DNA from: Macrostomum lignano
Lineage: Eukaryota
Length of the DNA stretch: 64,000 bases
NCBI GenBank assembly: GCA_002269645.1
Contig: NIVC01002709.1
Span: 146,780-210,779, forward strand
Direction: 5' to 3'
The notes under the pieces are model-generated. The model saw only the letters and a list, made by a program, of their open reading frames with translations, did not search any database and had not been told where the DNA came from. Of the stretch, positions 45,840 to 61,548 are shown piece by piece (the first letter of the stretch is position 1; the number at the start of each line of letters is the position of its first letter). Position numbers and translations under genes: made by a program.

Positions 45840-48075
45840 TGTAGCGAGTGAATCAAAACGCAGTGGAATTTGTTTTGTGGAAGTGAGATAGAACGGTTGT
45901 AAACCCTTGACGGGCTCTAACTTCGGCTTTATTCGATTTTAGAGACAGTAACGAGAACAGCTTAAGAATATCGTCTAGGGCCAAAAGGGACTCGCTGCTA
46001 GCTGATTAATGCTTCTCACTGCTACAAGATACTCCCCCTCCTAGATGAAGTACATCACTATGCATTATCTAATCGGAGACAAAAAGTTCGAACAGCGCAG
46101 GGGAACGAGTAGGTAAGCAATGCAGATGTCATAGGTTGATCAGTTTATGAACACTGTTCAGGTATTGCTAGGTGGACTGTCCTTCTGGAAAACTTGCACG
46201 GAGGTCTCGCTCTTGAATCGCACGCGATTTGCGCTGCGCGACCTTGTGTTAGAGGCGGGAGCGTCGCTTGGCGGGGCCGGTGTAGCTGCTGGCTGCTCTA
46301 GTTGGGCTATTGGTAGGGTGGCGGGCTTGACACGATCGATCGACACTACGGTAGGCTTGCCGTTGATCTTGAGTGTCATTGTGGTGTCGTGCCTGTCCAG
46401 TACGGCGTACGGGCCTTGGTAAGGAGCCTCCAGGGGTCGTCGCACCCGGTCCAACCGCAACCAGACGTGTGTGCACGAACTCAGCGCGGCTGGCAGATGC
46501 ACGGCTATCTCGCGCGTTCTCAGCTGCCGGTATGGGAAGAAAAGCTGATGTAGGCTAGTCGAGAGCTCCTTGAGCGCAGAAGTGTCGATGACGACTGGTG
46601 GGACCAGCGGTTGCTCACCCGTAACAACGGAGAACGACGGGCAGCTGCTGCAGCCAGTTCTTGCCGCGCGCCTTCAAACCGAGCTTCAGCGTCCGGTGTG
46701 CACGTTCGATGACACCGTTTGCTCTCGGATTATAGGCTGAAGTGCGGATGTGGTGGATGCCGAGTAGGTCCGTCAAGTTTCTTATGAGCTCCGCTCGGAA
46801 TTGGGATCCCTGGTCACTGATCAGCGTCAAAGGTGGGCCTTTGCGTCAAAGGCGTCAAAGGTGGGCATCCGCAGGTATTCGAACGAGCCGAACGGGGTAC
46901 AAATCGCCGTCTTCTCGATGTCCTCATCTGCCATCGGAACGAAGTGATAGGCCTTGACGAGGTCAAGAGTGCTGAAAACTTTCGCACCGTGCAGCTGATG
47001 ATGGAAATGGTTGATATTAGGGATAGGGTAGCGGTCTGGCTTGGTTGCCGCGTTTAAGGCTCGATAGTCTCCGCAAGGTCTCCAGGAGCCGTCCTTTTTC
47101 TTCACCATGTGAAGCGGGGAGGCCGACAGACTGGCGGAGGGGCGGACGATGCCAAGGCGCAGTGAGCTTGTCGAACTCCGCTTTTGCAACCGCGAACTTG
47201 GCAGGGGCAAGCGGTCGCGGTCGACAAAAAATGCGCTCGCCAGTGGTCTCAAAACGATGCCGAACCGACGTGGCGGGTGCTGCGGTGTAGTCCGGAGCTT
47301 CCAGAACTCGAGGGAACCGAGCAAGCGGTGTGGTGGGCTCAAGCAGCGTGTTGGCGTTGATTTGAGGGACTGAATCACTAGAAGAACAGAGAGTCGCACG
47401 CAAAGATGTCACAGGGTCTTGAATGCGCCGTGAATTCAGGTCAATTAGGAGACCGAGCTTGAGGAAGAAATCTGCACCGAGGATTGGCGCAGTACTAGTA
47501 ACAATGAACGTCGCAAGGGTATAGTCTAGGTTCGGATTTTGCCGCCTTCGACGCCACAAAGCTTGACATAAGTGGGTACGAGTAGATTTTGAGGAACAAA
47601 CTGCAAAGGAAGGAGCGACCGTTCGGCGCCGGTGTCAACGATGAACGAAACGGGCGCACGGAGAACTTGGCAACGAAGCAGCAACGTGGTGGCCTTTGAC
47701 GGGTCGCGGCTCGGCCGAGGCACATGACCGACTATTTTGACGCCTGGCTTGGCGTCGGGCTGGACGCCCGGGACTGAACCGGAGTGGGCTGACGGCTGGC
47801 CAGCAGTGTCGGCGGTTTCGAGCCTGGCCACTGGCACCATGGTCGACAGGTGCGAGCATCGGCAGCGTAGTAGAGATGACCGTTGCAGATCTTGGGTCGT
47901 CGGCGTGAGTTCCGGTTGGAGCACGAGTCGTCGGGCTTCCTGTTACGAAAAGAACCAGCGTTGCCTCTCAGGTGCTCTTGGCCGGTGGCCGAGGTGCGGT
48001 TTACAGAGGCGAACGGGGTGGCGCAACCGGCGACAGCCAGCATGCTGTCGGCGATCTTTGCAAACCACTTTGCAG
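45840..48075 (-). mobile_element. Internally deleted CsRn1-type Gypsy (duplicate of 28981-31215)
   Basis: Identical ORF translations at offset 16859; LTR at 45840-46026. Confidence 0.9.
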
Positions 48076-49150
48076 ACCACCGCCACACACCCTCAATTAC
48101 CCCAGCTAATGCTGGCACCCATTTTACAGCTTGGTGAACTGAAGCAATGCAGAGTTGAATTGAGTGTCTTCCTCAAGGACAGAATTGTTCCGAATGGGAC
48201 GAGAATCGAACCTCTGATCTTTCAGTCGTGAATCCGACGCTCTAACCACTATAACCCACTATAAATTAATGAATAATTAATAAATTTTAACATTCCAAAA
48301 GTCTGAATATTAAACAAATTTTAACATTTCAAGTCAGAATAATTAACAAATTTTAACATTTAAAGTCTGAATAATTAACAAATTTTAACATTTAAAGTCT
48401 AAATAATTAATAAATTTTAACATTCCAAAAGTCTGAATAATTAACAAATTTTAACATTTAAAGTCTGAATAATTAACAAATTTTAACATTTCAAGTCTAA
48501 ATAATTAATAAATTTTAACATTCCAAAAGTCTGAATAATTAACAAATTTTAACATTTAAAGTCTGAATAATTAACAAATTTAAACATTTCAAGTCTGAAT
48601 AATTAACAGATTTTAACATTTAAAGTCTAAATAATTAATAAATTTTAACATTCAAAAAGTCTGAATAATTAACAAATTTTAACATTTAAAGTCTGAATAA
48701 TTAACAAATTTAAACATTTCAAGTCTGAATAATTAACAGATTTTAACATTTAAAGTCTAAATAATTAATAAATTTTAACATTCAAAAAGTCTGAATAATT
48801 AACAAATTTTAACATTTCAGGTCTGAATAATTAACAAATTTTAACATTTCAAGTCTGAATACGAGCGTACTTAACAACATCTTGTACCTTTAACAGAGAC
48901 CTCTTCGCAAAATGAGAAACAGATCCATGTAAATATCAGCTTCTCCTCCTGCAACACGGCAACGAGTGAAATTTTCAAGTATGAGCTGAATATTAAAAAA
49001 ATTATCAAAAATTACAAGCCATATTGATTTGCTGAGCGCGTTAAATGAATCTGGATAAGACAAGAACGAGAATTCATCTGTTAGTTAGTGTCAAATATCA
49101 GTACGGGAAAAGCTCACAAAAAACTGCATCGCAAGCCATACACCGCCTCC

Positions 49151-52100
49151 TCAGAAGCCATCGGATGCCTCACGGACCGCGTGCCGCTCTCCTCTGCTCA
49201 CAGCACAGTAGTAAACCGACTGGAAGGAATAAAAGTGTTGCTGAGTTATTCTCACATGAAATGCCTGCTTGATACAAGCTGAGTCTCACGTTGGGGTCGG
49301 GCGGCTTGGCAGCAGCCAGCAACTCCACGGCCGCACCCTGGCTGGCAGCGGCGGCTGCCGCGGCAATCGCTGCGCCGTCCACTGCGCCCGCTACCAGAGC
49401 TGCCTGTAGCGCACGCTGAAGGACAATGTGTACTTTGTGAGCAGTGATCGAACCCTGTGAGCATTCTCACACAAACTAAAACTTGAATGCTCACGAAACA
49501 CGGCTCGAAAAGTCCTCGAGCTCTTCACCGGTGAGAACACAGCGCCGAGACCGGGAAAGCTCTGGCTGATCAGACACGTCACAGTGACCTCATCCTGTCG
49601 CTCAAAGAACTGGTGAGTCAGTCGAGCTCTCCGAATCCAGCCTCCGTGGCTGCCTCTGAGATCGGGCTCAGGAGTGAGCTGCTCAGTAACATCGAAGGTC
49701 AAGTAGAGGGCCGTGAGTTATGACATTGAGAATGCATGTACAGCAATGATGGACAGCAGCTTTGGTAGCCGCAAACATGAACTCACAGTGAGTCCTTCAA
49801 TGCTGACTGTGTCGGACTTGATCGAGCAGTGCAGCTCGGGCCTCGGGTTTCCCTCCTGTGTCTGTCCCAGCAGACTCAGCTCAGAGCCGTTCAGCAGCTG
49901 GCCAGTCCAACCGATGCTGTTCGAAGGAACTGCAAGACAGTGCAATGACAGTTTTGCCATCCATTTTAGTAAGTTACGTCGGGCTTCAACCTGTAGCTAG
50001 TGCGTGCTTTCTGCTAGAAGTTCGAGAGGTTCCTTCCTACTCACAGAACACAGTAATGTTTTGTACGAAATGTTACTCATTATCTCGCTTATCTATCACG
50101 ACTCCGCACATCGCAAACAGCGTAGCGGGTCAGGGTTCCCGATACCATAATCTTTGGTCCCATTTAAGTACGAGCTAACAACAGCCACCATTGCCACAGC
50201 ATCAATTAAAGGCTTAAAATTCAAAACGGGAATAAATCATTGTGTTCAGAGCTCGGTGCAGGTCTCAGTCATTGGTTCCATGAGTTGAATGCTCAATAAG
50301 GATAAGGATAAAGATTCGTTTTTGACCCAACGCGAAAAGTTATATCATTGATGCATAATTCATTTCTGTCGACTGACAGTCCATGCCTCTAAACAGCTGA
50401 TAAATAATTTATAAATCAACAATGAAATAGAACAAAGTGTAATTCACAAGTACGTTCCAATTGACCTGCAACAGGCTCAGCAGGTAATTACTTACTTATT
50501 GTAACAAGTATGAAGCTGAATACTCACAATAGACAGTAACGTTCTGTGTGAATCTGCCATCCAGATCTTCGAGGCCATGCTGAGAGACCCTGCACTCCAA
50601 TGACCTTCCGTTCATCTGCCTTGTGGAACTCAAGCTGAACTCAGATTCCACCAGCGTCTCAACGCCTAGATTTTGAGCCTCGGGGTTGTTCTGGGCCCTG
50701 GTCATGCTGGTGCTGAGACCCTCGGCTGTCCGCAGCCAGCACCGGTGACTCGGCTCAGGGTTGCCACCGACTGACCGAACTGAGACTGACACGGGCTCGC
50801 CCTCCTTCATCACCAGAGGCTGAGTTGCATTCCATGAGCTGTTTGACGCGTCTGTTTTCGTGCAGGTGCGAGCATGGATGGTTAATTGTCTCAGCAATCT
50901 GAGTTGCTGATGGATCAGAGATGCTGAACTGCAATCCACTCACATGACACATCGAGTTGCTCACTGCTGACAGACTGATTGAATACAAGTGTGCCGTCTG
51001 CATGAGTCTGAGCGACCTGGCAGATGACTCTCATCTGGTTGTGGCTGGCCGATGCATTGAGTCGCCACACTGATGAAGCATTTGACTCAGATGGCAGCTG
51101 GAGTCAACAGAGTCAGTAATTTATAAATTTATACATAATTTTTGCATTGACAATTCACAGTGAGTAACTCACTCTGAGCTGTTTCAGATTGGCTCCACCG
51201 ATTGAGCAGAAGTGCTGAGCAGGCGGATTTCCTGTTTCCAGCGTCTGCAGGGTGACTTGAGCTTCTATTCCACTGCGGATTCGTCCAGGAGGCAGCTTGA
51301 TTGACAGGCCGGAGCTGCGGTCTGAAATGCAGTTCGGTATGGCAGTCAGGTGAGCTGCATTGGATCTAACTGGTGAACTGGTTCCGCATTGGATCTAACT
51401 GGTGAACTGGTTCCGCATTGGATCTAACTGGTGAACTGGTTCCGCATTGGATCTAACTGGTGAACTGGTTCCGCATTGGATCTAACTGGTGAACTGGTTC
51501 CGCATTGGATCTAACTGGTGAACTGGTTCCGCATTGGATCTAACTGGTGAACTGGTTCCGCATTGGATCTAACTGGTGAACTGGTTCTGCATTGGATCTA
51601 ACTGTTGAACTGGAGAACATGCATCCAAGAACAAGCAGAAGTACATGGACACTTACACAGAACTGCAGGCAGCTCGCGACGAGCCGTTACATCGAACAGT
51701 CCTGACTGGTTCACCCGACACAAAATTGATGCTGAGCTTCCCCAGCTCCTGCTCACAGTCACTGAGAATGTGCTGCTTGAGTTCGTGCTCTGAAAAGAGT
51801 CAGTTTTCACAGATAATTGTCAGATCATTGTTGCCATGCACCCAATACACAGGTGCAACCATGGGCCAGTGTGAGACTCACTGACAGCAGCTGAAGCGCT
51901 GTGTTTCCATTTCGCTGTGACTGCACAGAGCAGCTGTGGCTGACTGGCATCCAGTAGCAACCCGGTGTGTCAGCTGTCAGATTGACGGCTGCTCCGTCTG
52001 TCCAGCTGGTGTTTGCGGGGAGCAGAAAGTGAGTGGTGCAGGGCTCTGGAAGGGTTTGAGTAGTGAGTGGTGCAGGGCTCTGGAAGGGTTTGAGTAGTGA

Positions 52101-53862
52101 GTGGTGCAGGGCTCCGGAAGGGTTTGAGTAGTAAGTGGTACATGGCTCTGGAAGAGTTTGAGTAGTGAGTGGTGCAGGGCTGTAAGCCTGGGTTTGTAAG
52201 CCTGACTCACTGGCTGACTGCACACCCAGTGTGTGCGAAGTGCCAATCGCAGTCCCACCGCTGCAGCTGTGTCGGCACTTCAAAGCCGCCCCGTGCATTT
52301 CCATTCGCACTGTAAAAGTTCTCAGAATCAGAGAGCTGGCCGAGACCGCCCTCTGCAATGCGAACGCCCACCGGTGCTGTTAATTCCCATATCTGGTGCA
52401 AGCTCAAGTATTTATCTCAATCGAACTCTTACCGAACTCAACTCCAAGAGGTCACTGCCTTTCCGCATTCTGATGCTGCAGTTTGATGCAACAGGTGCTT
52501 TGCAGTTTCCTGGCAGCCGAGCTCGAATCATCACTTTCTCATTGAGCTTGAGCTGAGACAAGTCTTCCACAAAGCATCCCCTGGGTTGTTCTTTACAGAA
52601 GTCAGCTGGAGAGCAGCCAGAGCTGCTGTCTCTGTTACGCTGAAAGCAGTCTCTTTTCTCAATTTCAAGCAGCACAAAGTTCATCATCTTGTCAGTCTGA
52701 TTGGCCACGAACTTCCTCAGCAGCACATACTGCGCCATCTGCAATGCGATGCTGCAACACTGCGAATTCCAATATTGAAAGAGTTGCAGCAACTGGGTGA
52801 CAAACCTTGCCATCGGCCTCAGCTGAGCAGGTCACTTCATGCACCGACTGCGACCTGAGTGAGCTGCTGCTGTCATTTCTGGTGAAGCCGCAGTGTTGGA
52901 ATCCGGACAGACTGTGACTGAAGTTGGCAGCAGTGCAGTTGGGTGCATCCTCATCCAGACCGGCTGGCTTCTCCTCACTGAGCAGCACTTCGATGCCCAT
53001 GGCTCTGTGGCTCACTGAGAAAAGTTTAGTGAGCAAAATCTGATTTCAAAATATCGTTCAGATTGATACTGAAATGTGAAGGGAGGACTCACCCTCCTGT
53101 CTCCCATAGACAGTGATGGAGCGCACTGGGACACTTCGGGTCAGCTTCAGCAGCAGCCACTGGTAGCCGGAGGGGTCCGGAGTGTCGCTGGTAAGAAAAT
53201 AGGCCCACTGCCCCGGCTTGTCCATTGATCTGATGAAGCAGTCGCATTCTGGGTGATTGTAGACAGACGATTGCCAGGCATTGGCGATCTCAGCTCTGGA
53301 GACCTTGATGGCACAGCCTGTGGATGTGGAGGTTCAACAACTTCGAAATATGACCTGTTATGAGACCATTGTGCGTTGTTTACGCTTTTGTCACAGTCAG
53401 CCAATTAGATAGAACTGCACGTAAGTCAACTACAACTCCATGGACATTTGCTCCATGGACAGCTAAAGTAGAAGAAAGTTTTCAGTGTTTTTTTAACTTC
53501 TGAACTTCTGGATTCAAAATCCAGCAAGTATGCCTTGTGTCCGAGGTACGCTCACCAGTTTACCAGTACGATTTCACTGGAACTGCTACCGGAGACCGGC
53601 AGATAAACACACAGTTTCAGTGAACGAAATCTCAGCTGTTTCTGGTTGTAGTGTGCAAATTCTCCCCACAGAATTTTCCAATGGCGAAACCTCATCCAGA
53701 GCTTAGTTCTCAAAAACTGAAAACTTTCAATCCCACTAATCAGCATCAGCAAAAATAATTGAATTCTTTAACTTTAAGGAGAAACAGTCGTAGTCACTTA
53801 CTGTTACTTATACAGTACGAAATGATTGCAAGGCACAAAAGTTCCTTCATGTGGACAGTCAT
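49151..53862 (-). CDS. Copy C of the lectin/Ig gene; ectodomain intact, TM exon shortened as in B
   Basis: ATG 53862, exon 1 53862-53802. The body is nearly identical to B (one visible K/M change in exon 10). Upstream region diverged from A and B. Confidence 0.7.
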
Positions 53863-55771
53863 ATCGCAGAGCTGTACTTTGTAAAAAAACAATTTTACAT
53901 ATAAGCTGCTGCTAGCAACAGCTGTGGTATCGCTGGGCCTCCCAACCTTAGTCGAGCCGATGTTTATAGGAAAGCGGCAGGGCTGCGTGTGGAGGCGAAA
54001 GTGCAGCCGCAGCCCATAGGCTGGAAGGACAGCCTGTCTCGAGAAGATTGGCTGGCTGGCTGGCTGCAAAGCAGGCAAGCGAGGTGCGAGATTGGAGGCC
54101 AATGAGGCGGGCGAAGATGGCGGAATCAGCAGCTTCTCTCAGCAGTGAGGGGCTTGAAGAAATGTGAGGACAGAAGATCCTCAAATTCATTTTCTGCCTG
54201 CCTGCCTGTGCTATAGAATCAAGAGTAAATTTTAAGAGCTAGGAGGCTCCTTTAAGGACATAGGAGACTCCTTGGTGAATTTAGGAGACCTCATAAAGGT
54301 TTCTGCAAGTGCTAAAGAATAAGAAGAGAGGAGTTGGAGCTACTGTGGGTGCTGGGTGTTGCCGTTTCGGAGTGAATTTTAGGAGTGCGTGTCCTATAGA
54401 AGGAGCGAATTTCATTTCTAGCTCCTAACTCCGATAGTTAAGATTTCAAGGGCCAAATTTTACTCTTAGGTTAGTAGGAGTGTCTTTTTGTCATGTTTTC
54501 GGACAGTGACCTGGGCTCTGACGATAAAGACGCAAACGTTTGGCGACCCAGGCAATTCAGGCAAAGGATAAACTCTTCGAAGAATTCCGTACTGCATCTC
54601 GATTTCGGCTCAAGAGAGTCAACGCCAATTTCAACAAACATTGTTGCATCTTAAAACATCACGAATCAGCTTAGATTCTGACATGTACTCTTTTCTGTGA
54701 GCTGTTTTGCTGAGTACAATATTTACCACTTTTATGGTCTCTAATAGCACCCTTCACCCTTCTTATACATTATTTCTTATACCAGAGTTAGTTGTTTATC
54801 AAATGGGAGCAATTAACTAACGATAGCAGTTAAACCATTTTCTATTGACTTGGTCTATCAACTAATTAAATGCGCAGGCTTGTAGTCTAAAATGGTTTTA
54901 CTGCTTTACACGCTCGTAAGCCGTAGCTCACGAGAGCCGCTTTTCACAGGGTAATAAAAGCTTGTTGTTGTTGCATTACTCCTTAAAAGTGCATATATTC
55001 AGGAGTTTAATATAGCGCGCAGATTGGCCAGACTTCTTAGCCAATCACGCATCGGCAATTCTAGGATTGCAATCTGTGAAACTTACTCAGGCAGAATAAA
55101 ACAAAACAAATTCAATTCAGACAATCTTCAAAATTCCTAAAACAAAAATTATTCAGCTTCAGTAATACTTTATTTTTGCAACGCTTTATTCGCATTTCTG
55201 ATTAACAGAGTAATAAAACAATCAGATAAGAGTTATCAATCAATCAGTCAGTCAGTCAGTCAATCAGTCACTGGAACACACGCAAGTCAGAGAGGCAAGC
55301 AAAGCTACTCAATCAGTGATTATCAAACGCCATCGGTAGCAGTTGGACTCACCATCGGTTCTGCTGTGGAGCTCAAATGACAAAATCAAAAATTAAAACA
55401 ATGAAAAGCGAGGCGATCGACAGAAATATTCGGCGAAATGTTTCAGCCAGCAGTCCGCAAAAAGGGGATCAGGCCGCAGGGAGGATGATAAACAGTTTAT
55501 AGCAGTGCAGGTGCGCTTAACCGATTGGTGCAGCTGCACCAGAGCAGTGCAGTGCCCGGTGCGAGGGTGCAAATCCCGCGGCTCCGATCCCCTTTCCTCA
55601 GGGCAGTGCTGAACAGCCAAGCAAAAATAGCGAAAAAGTACACAAACCGTCAAGTAAAAGTGCAAGCGGTAAAAGAAATCTACATTTCGATACATATCGG
55701 TAGGTTGCATTCGCTGAAACTCTTGAAACTCAGTCTGTCCTTCTGTCTTTCTGTCTTAGTGTCTTTTCTAG

Positions 55772-55856
<85 letters not shown>

Positions 55857-58800
55857 TTCTGTCTTAGTGTCTGTCTGTCTATCTGTCTGTCTGTCTGTCT
55901 ATTTTAGTGTTACTAAATAGCACATTAAACCATTTACATTTCCAGTTAAACAAAAGGTCTTCAGAACTTGGGCTCCAACAACCAAAGAGGAAATCCAAAT
56001 AAATCAATATCTCAAAGCTCAATTCCATTGCCAACACTCACAGAGAAGTGCTAGAAGAAGTGGCTCATCAACATCAAAGACTCCGGAATGCTTGCAGTGT
56101 GCGCAGAGACGGATATGCATAGAAACAGCAGAGGTGCATTGATCAGTTCTGATTGTTAGTGCTGGATTTCAGTAAAAAATATTAGCTAAAACGGTATCAG
56201 TGAACATGATAAATGACAAGCATCGAATTTATGGCATTTTTATGTACCGGAAACCAAAATTAAATGAAATTTGGAAGTGAATCATGTTGCACATACAACA
56301 AATAATGTACTCATTTAGTATGACTGTTGTTAAATTAGAATGGATTGCTAATCTACGATAGCATACAGTTAGACTAGCAATCCGCTTATAGATAAAATTT
56401 GTGCATAAAAATCGGCATACAGCTTCAGTGAGCATTCTGTTGACTTCGCGGACACAGCGGTTGCCAGGTCATTAATATACACCAGTCAGAGGGTGGGGGC
56501 GAGAACGCTACCCTGTGGTAGTCCCTCGTGGAAGATGCGCTCCTTGCTAATGCTAATGCTAATGCTAATGCTAATGCTAATGCTAATGCTAATGCTAATG
56601 CTAATGCTAATGCTAATGCTAATGCTAATGCTAATTGCTAATGCTAATGCTAAGGCTTGCTAATGCAGTTGTTCACGCACACTCTGGCTCGGCGATCCGT
56701 CAGAAAAGCTCGGATCCAGCGGATGACGTCTCTTTGGACGCCGAGTTCCCGCAGTTTCTTTTACAGTGCCGCGCGCCAGACTCTATCGTAGGCGCGGCTG
56801 AAGTCGAGAAGACAAAGAATGGGCCGGAGATGCGGGGTGGACTGTAATTTGTCGAAAATTTCCTGACAGGTGCTCGCAATCAATTCCTCCGTAGAGCGGC
56901 CCTTGCCTGAGGTTTCGAGGGCATGGCAGAGACGCTGGAGGACCAGCCGCTTTGCCAGTTTGGCTATACAACTCGTGAGGGCGACTGGGCGGTAGGAGTC
57001 AGGCTTGCTGGCGTCCTTTCCCTTTTTTGGAACGGAATGATGATGGCTCATTTCCATTGCCAAGGACATTCCCCTTCTGCCAAGAGCGGTTAGTGATGGA
57101 CAGGGTCCTGTCATCCGTGGAGGGTGGGGCTGCTTTAGCATGTCATTGGTGACGCCATCCTGCCCGGGGGCCTTGCAGACTTGCGGATGGCATTACAGTG
57201 CTCCGGGTTGCTGAAGGGCGAGCAGATACCACTTCGAGCTCCGTGCCCGTCACAGCAGTGTTCTTTAAGCACCTCGTTGGCTGGTCGGGTCACTGGACGG
57301 TCCCTAGGGCTGGTTGCGACCCTGGAGACGGCGCTGTAGATCTGACAGAAAAGATTCGCCTTCTCTAGATTGGTACTCGCTGGTCTGCTGGGTGCGACGG
57401 GTCCCATTTGGGGGGGGGGGGAGACTCGCTGCTCGGGTTGCTTGGGCCTTCTCCCCGCATTTGCTACTGAATGGCTAGAAGCAGCAAATGTGGGCATTTT
57501 TTATTGAATTTTTAAATCACTGATTCGAAAAGAGTAACTATTCGGGAAGCGGAAATCATTCACTGTTTTTGTCTTTGCTTTTATCTCTGTGTTGGCTGGC
57601 GGGCGAGGTGGGTGAAGGAGTGAGGTGGGTGAAGGAGTGGGTGGGTAAAGAAGCGGGTGGGTGAAGAAGCGGGTGGGTGAAGGAGCGGGTGGGTGAAGAA
57701 GCTGGTGGGTGAAGGAGCGGGTGCGTGAAGGAGCGGGTGGGTGAAGGAGCGGGTGGGTGAAGGAGCGGGTGCGTGAAGGAGCGGGTGGTTAAGAGAGTGG
57801 GGTTAAAGTAGGCCTAATGTTACCTAGTGGATAAGGTTGATTTACTAATTTTTCGACTGCATACAAAGCAAATCAGTTTAAAAAGATCAGCCAAAACTGG
57901 TTTTTACTAATAATACATAGATACATAGATACATAAATACATAGATACATAGATACATAGATACATAGGTACATAGATGCATAGATACATATATACATAG
58001 ATACCTAGATGCATAGGTACATAGGTACATAGGTACATTGGTACATAGGTACATAGATACATAGATGCATAGATACATAGATGCATAGATACATAGGTAC
58101 ATAGGTACATAGGTACATAGATACATAGGTACATAGGTACATAGGTACATAGGTACATAGATACATAGATACATAGATACATAGGTACATAGGTACATAG
58201 ATACATAGGTACATAGATGCATAGATACATATATACATAGATACCTAGATGCATAGGTACATAGGTACATAGGTACATAGGTACATAGATACATAGATAC
58301 ATAGATACATAGATGCATAGATACATAGGTACATAGGTACATAGGTACATAGGTACATAGGTACATAGGTACATAGATACATAGGTACATAGGTACATAG
58401 ATACATAGGTACATAGATGCATAGATACATATATACATAGATACCTAGATGCATAGGTACATAGGTACATAGGTACATAGGTACATAGATACATAGATAC
58501 ATAGATACATAGATACATAGATACATAGGTACATAGGTACATAGGTACATAGATACATAGATACATAGGTACATAGGTACATAGATACATAGGTACATAG
58601 TTACATAGGTACATAGGTACATAGGTACTTAGGTACATAGGTCCGACTAGGTAAGTAGGTTTTTTGAGACAATAAATTTTTTAAGTCTTTTCATTCTTCG
58701 CATCCAGCATCATTTTCGAAATGAATATTCGCCTCTACTACTTGTAAAAGTAGCAGTTAGCAGGTAATCATTAAGAAATTATTAATTTTGGGTAAATTAT

Positions 58801-61548
58801 CTTCATTTCGAATGTGCATGCCCCAGCAAGTCAACGAATAATCGATGCACATGTGACTGAATAAACAATAAACCTGTGTTTGGATGTGGCTTACAATGTT
58901 CAGACTTCAGGCTTCAGGCTTACAAGGTGGAAATTTTAGACGAGCATTTCATTCCAAAGATTATTTATTTATTAATTTGTAAGAAATTCTGCTTAACGTA
59001 ATCTATTTTTAGTAACAAAGCAGCTAAAAGCAGAAAACTAGTGGGACGCCAAGGTCTGTTAAATAAAGCTACTCAAATCACTTAAAGGGTTGTTTGTGAT
59101 TCCTCTTGTCACGTTTTCAGTACGTGAATTCTAGGATCTGCTTCAGGAATAACTTTTCATCCACATGGCCGGGGTGAGAGGGAATATCAGGCAATCTCCT
59201 CCTCTGGCAAGCATGCTTTTGCTATTTTAGTAGCTAAATAGCTAACCCTCAGGAAAGCCTGCTTATAGATTTATACATGCCTTAGAAGAGAAAGTAAACT
59301 GGTTCCATTTGCTAGTGGTGCGCATAGCAACTTATTAATGTAATTATCTTAATTGAACTTAATTGATTTAATTAATATGTGTGTAAAAATACAAAATTAA
59401 ATATAAAATTTTAAACAATAGTTTTTAGCCAGGTGTATTAAATATATAAAGATAATTAACATTGAAACAATTGTATTGATAAAATGTATCAGTATGTAGC
59501 AGTGTTAAGTAATTATGAGGCGTGAAGGCAGCAGTTCCGAAGGTTTGTTTTTGTTTAGCAGTTTAGGTTTTGAGTGTAGTTAGGCTTGTTAGACTTGAGT
59601 ACATATAGTGTCGGGTGGCTTTATTTAATTTCATAGAAAATTATAAATTTCGGAAATATTCGGAAAGCATGTGCTCAGCAGGAGGGAAACACAGAGAGGG
59701 GAGGCAGAGAGACACAGAGAGGGGAGGCAGAGAGACACAGAGAGGGGAGGCAGAGAGACACAAAGAGGGGAGGCAGAGAGACACAGAGAGGGGAGGCAGA
59801 GAGACACAGAGAGGGGAGGCAGAGAGACACAGAGAGGGGAGGCAGAGAGACACAGAGAGGGGAGGCAGAGAGACACAGAGAGGGGAGGCAGAGAGACAGA
59901 GAGGGGAGGCAGAGAGAAACAGAGAGGGGAGGCAGAGAGACACAGAGAGGGGAGGCAGAGAGAAACAGAGAGGGGAGGCAGAGAGACACAGAGAGGGGAG
60001 GCAGAGAGACACAGAGAGGGGAGGCAGAGACACAGAGAGGGGAGGCAGAGAGACACAGAGAGGGGAGGCAGAGAGACACAGAGAGGGGAGGCAGAGAGAC
60101 ACAGAGAGGGGAGGCAGAGAGACACAGAGAGGGGAGGCAGAGAGACACAGAGAGGGGAGGCAGAGAGACAGAGAGGGGAGGCAGAGAGAAACAGAGAGGG
60201 GAGGCAGAGAGACACAGAGAGGGGAGGCAGAGAGAAACAGAGAGGGGAGGCAGAGATCAGAGAGGGGAGGCAGAGAGACACAGAGAGGGGAGGCGAAGAG
60301 ACACAGAGAGGGGAGGCAGAGAGAGAGACACAGAGAGGGGAAGCAGAGAGAGAGACACACAGAGAGGGGAGGCAGAGAGAGAGACACAGAGAGGGGAGGC
60401 AGAGTGAGAGACACAGAGAGGGGAGGCCGAGAGAGACAGACACAGAGAGGGGAGGCAGAGAGAGAGAGAGACACAGAGAGGGGAGGCAGAGAGACAGAGA
60501 GGAGAGGCAGAGAGACAGAGAGGGGAGGCAGAGAGAGAGACACAGAGAGGGGAGGCAGAGAGAGAGAGACACAGAGAGGGGAGGCAGAGAGAGAGAGACA
60601 CAGAGAGGGGAGGCAGAGAGACACATAGAGGGGAGGCAGAGAGGAAGACACGGTTAAATTGCCTTATATAGAAAGTGTTGTTTACACGGAAATTTCTAGA
60701 AGGCTGGATACGATAACAGTCCCCCCACCGCCGGGGTTGGAGTCCTGACGGAGTAAGGGAGAAGTATCTACTTTACATTTACAGAGATGGACCTTGATAC
60801 AATCGCCTGCTAGTACTGGGTGATACATATACTTCAGGTAGCGACATGTAGGTGTGGTGCTGTCACAAATGTTCATGTTACAATGCTACCAGAATTTCTA
60901 TTATTGAATCAATAATTTCGGAAACAATCAGGTACTTGTGTATTTTTAGTAACCGAGAAGCTATAAACTAAGGACAGAAAATCGGTCAGGAAGTCACATG
61001 TTTACCTCACATATATACACTCATGATTTGTCTGTGGCGTTTCCAACTATGTATGGCATTCACCGCTGGCATGCGATGAGCCGCGCCGAAGGTAAACAAG
61101 CCGTGTTTAGCATTACTGCAGCCTTCGGCTCGCTGCCATAAATAGGTGCCAATCTTTCTAAAAAAAGGGATCGAGTGGAATTTAAATGAGGTAAAATTAT
61201 AAATGTATCGCCAACACGACAATCATTGAAATTAATTGAAATTGAAGCCCGGACCGTATTGTGTACTGCGTGAAACTATGCAAAATGCACAGAAGTGTTC
61301 TGTGTCTCCATGCGCTCGAATAGAAACAAACTTTTTATTGAAATTCAAGAGAAAAACAAGAGAAAAGCTGAGTAACTATACAAAGATAATTGTTTAAAAA
61401 CAATTCACTGCACTTTTTGCGATCCTTGATTGAGTTAAAGAATAACATATATGACAAAGCAATAACGTTTCTGTGAAACATGGCAGCAGAAAACCCAGTG
61501 TCAAAGCAAAGATAATAATAATAATTTGACTACACCTTTCTTAACGTG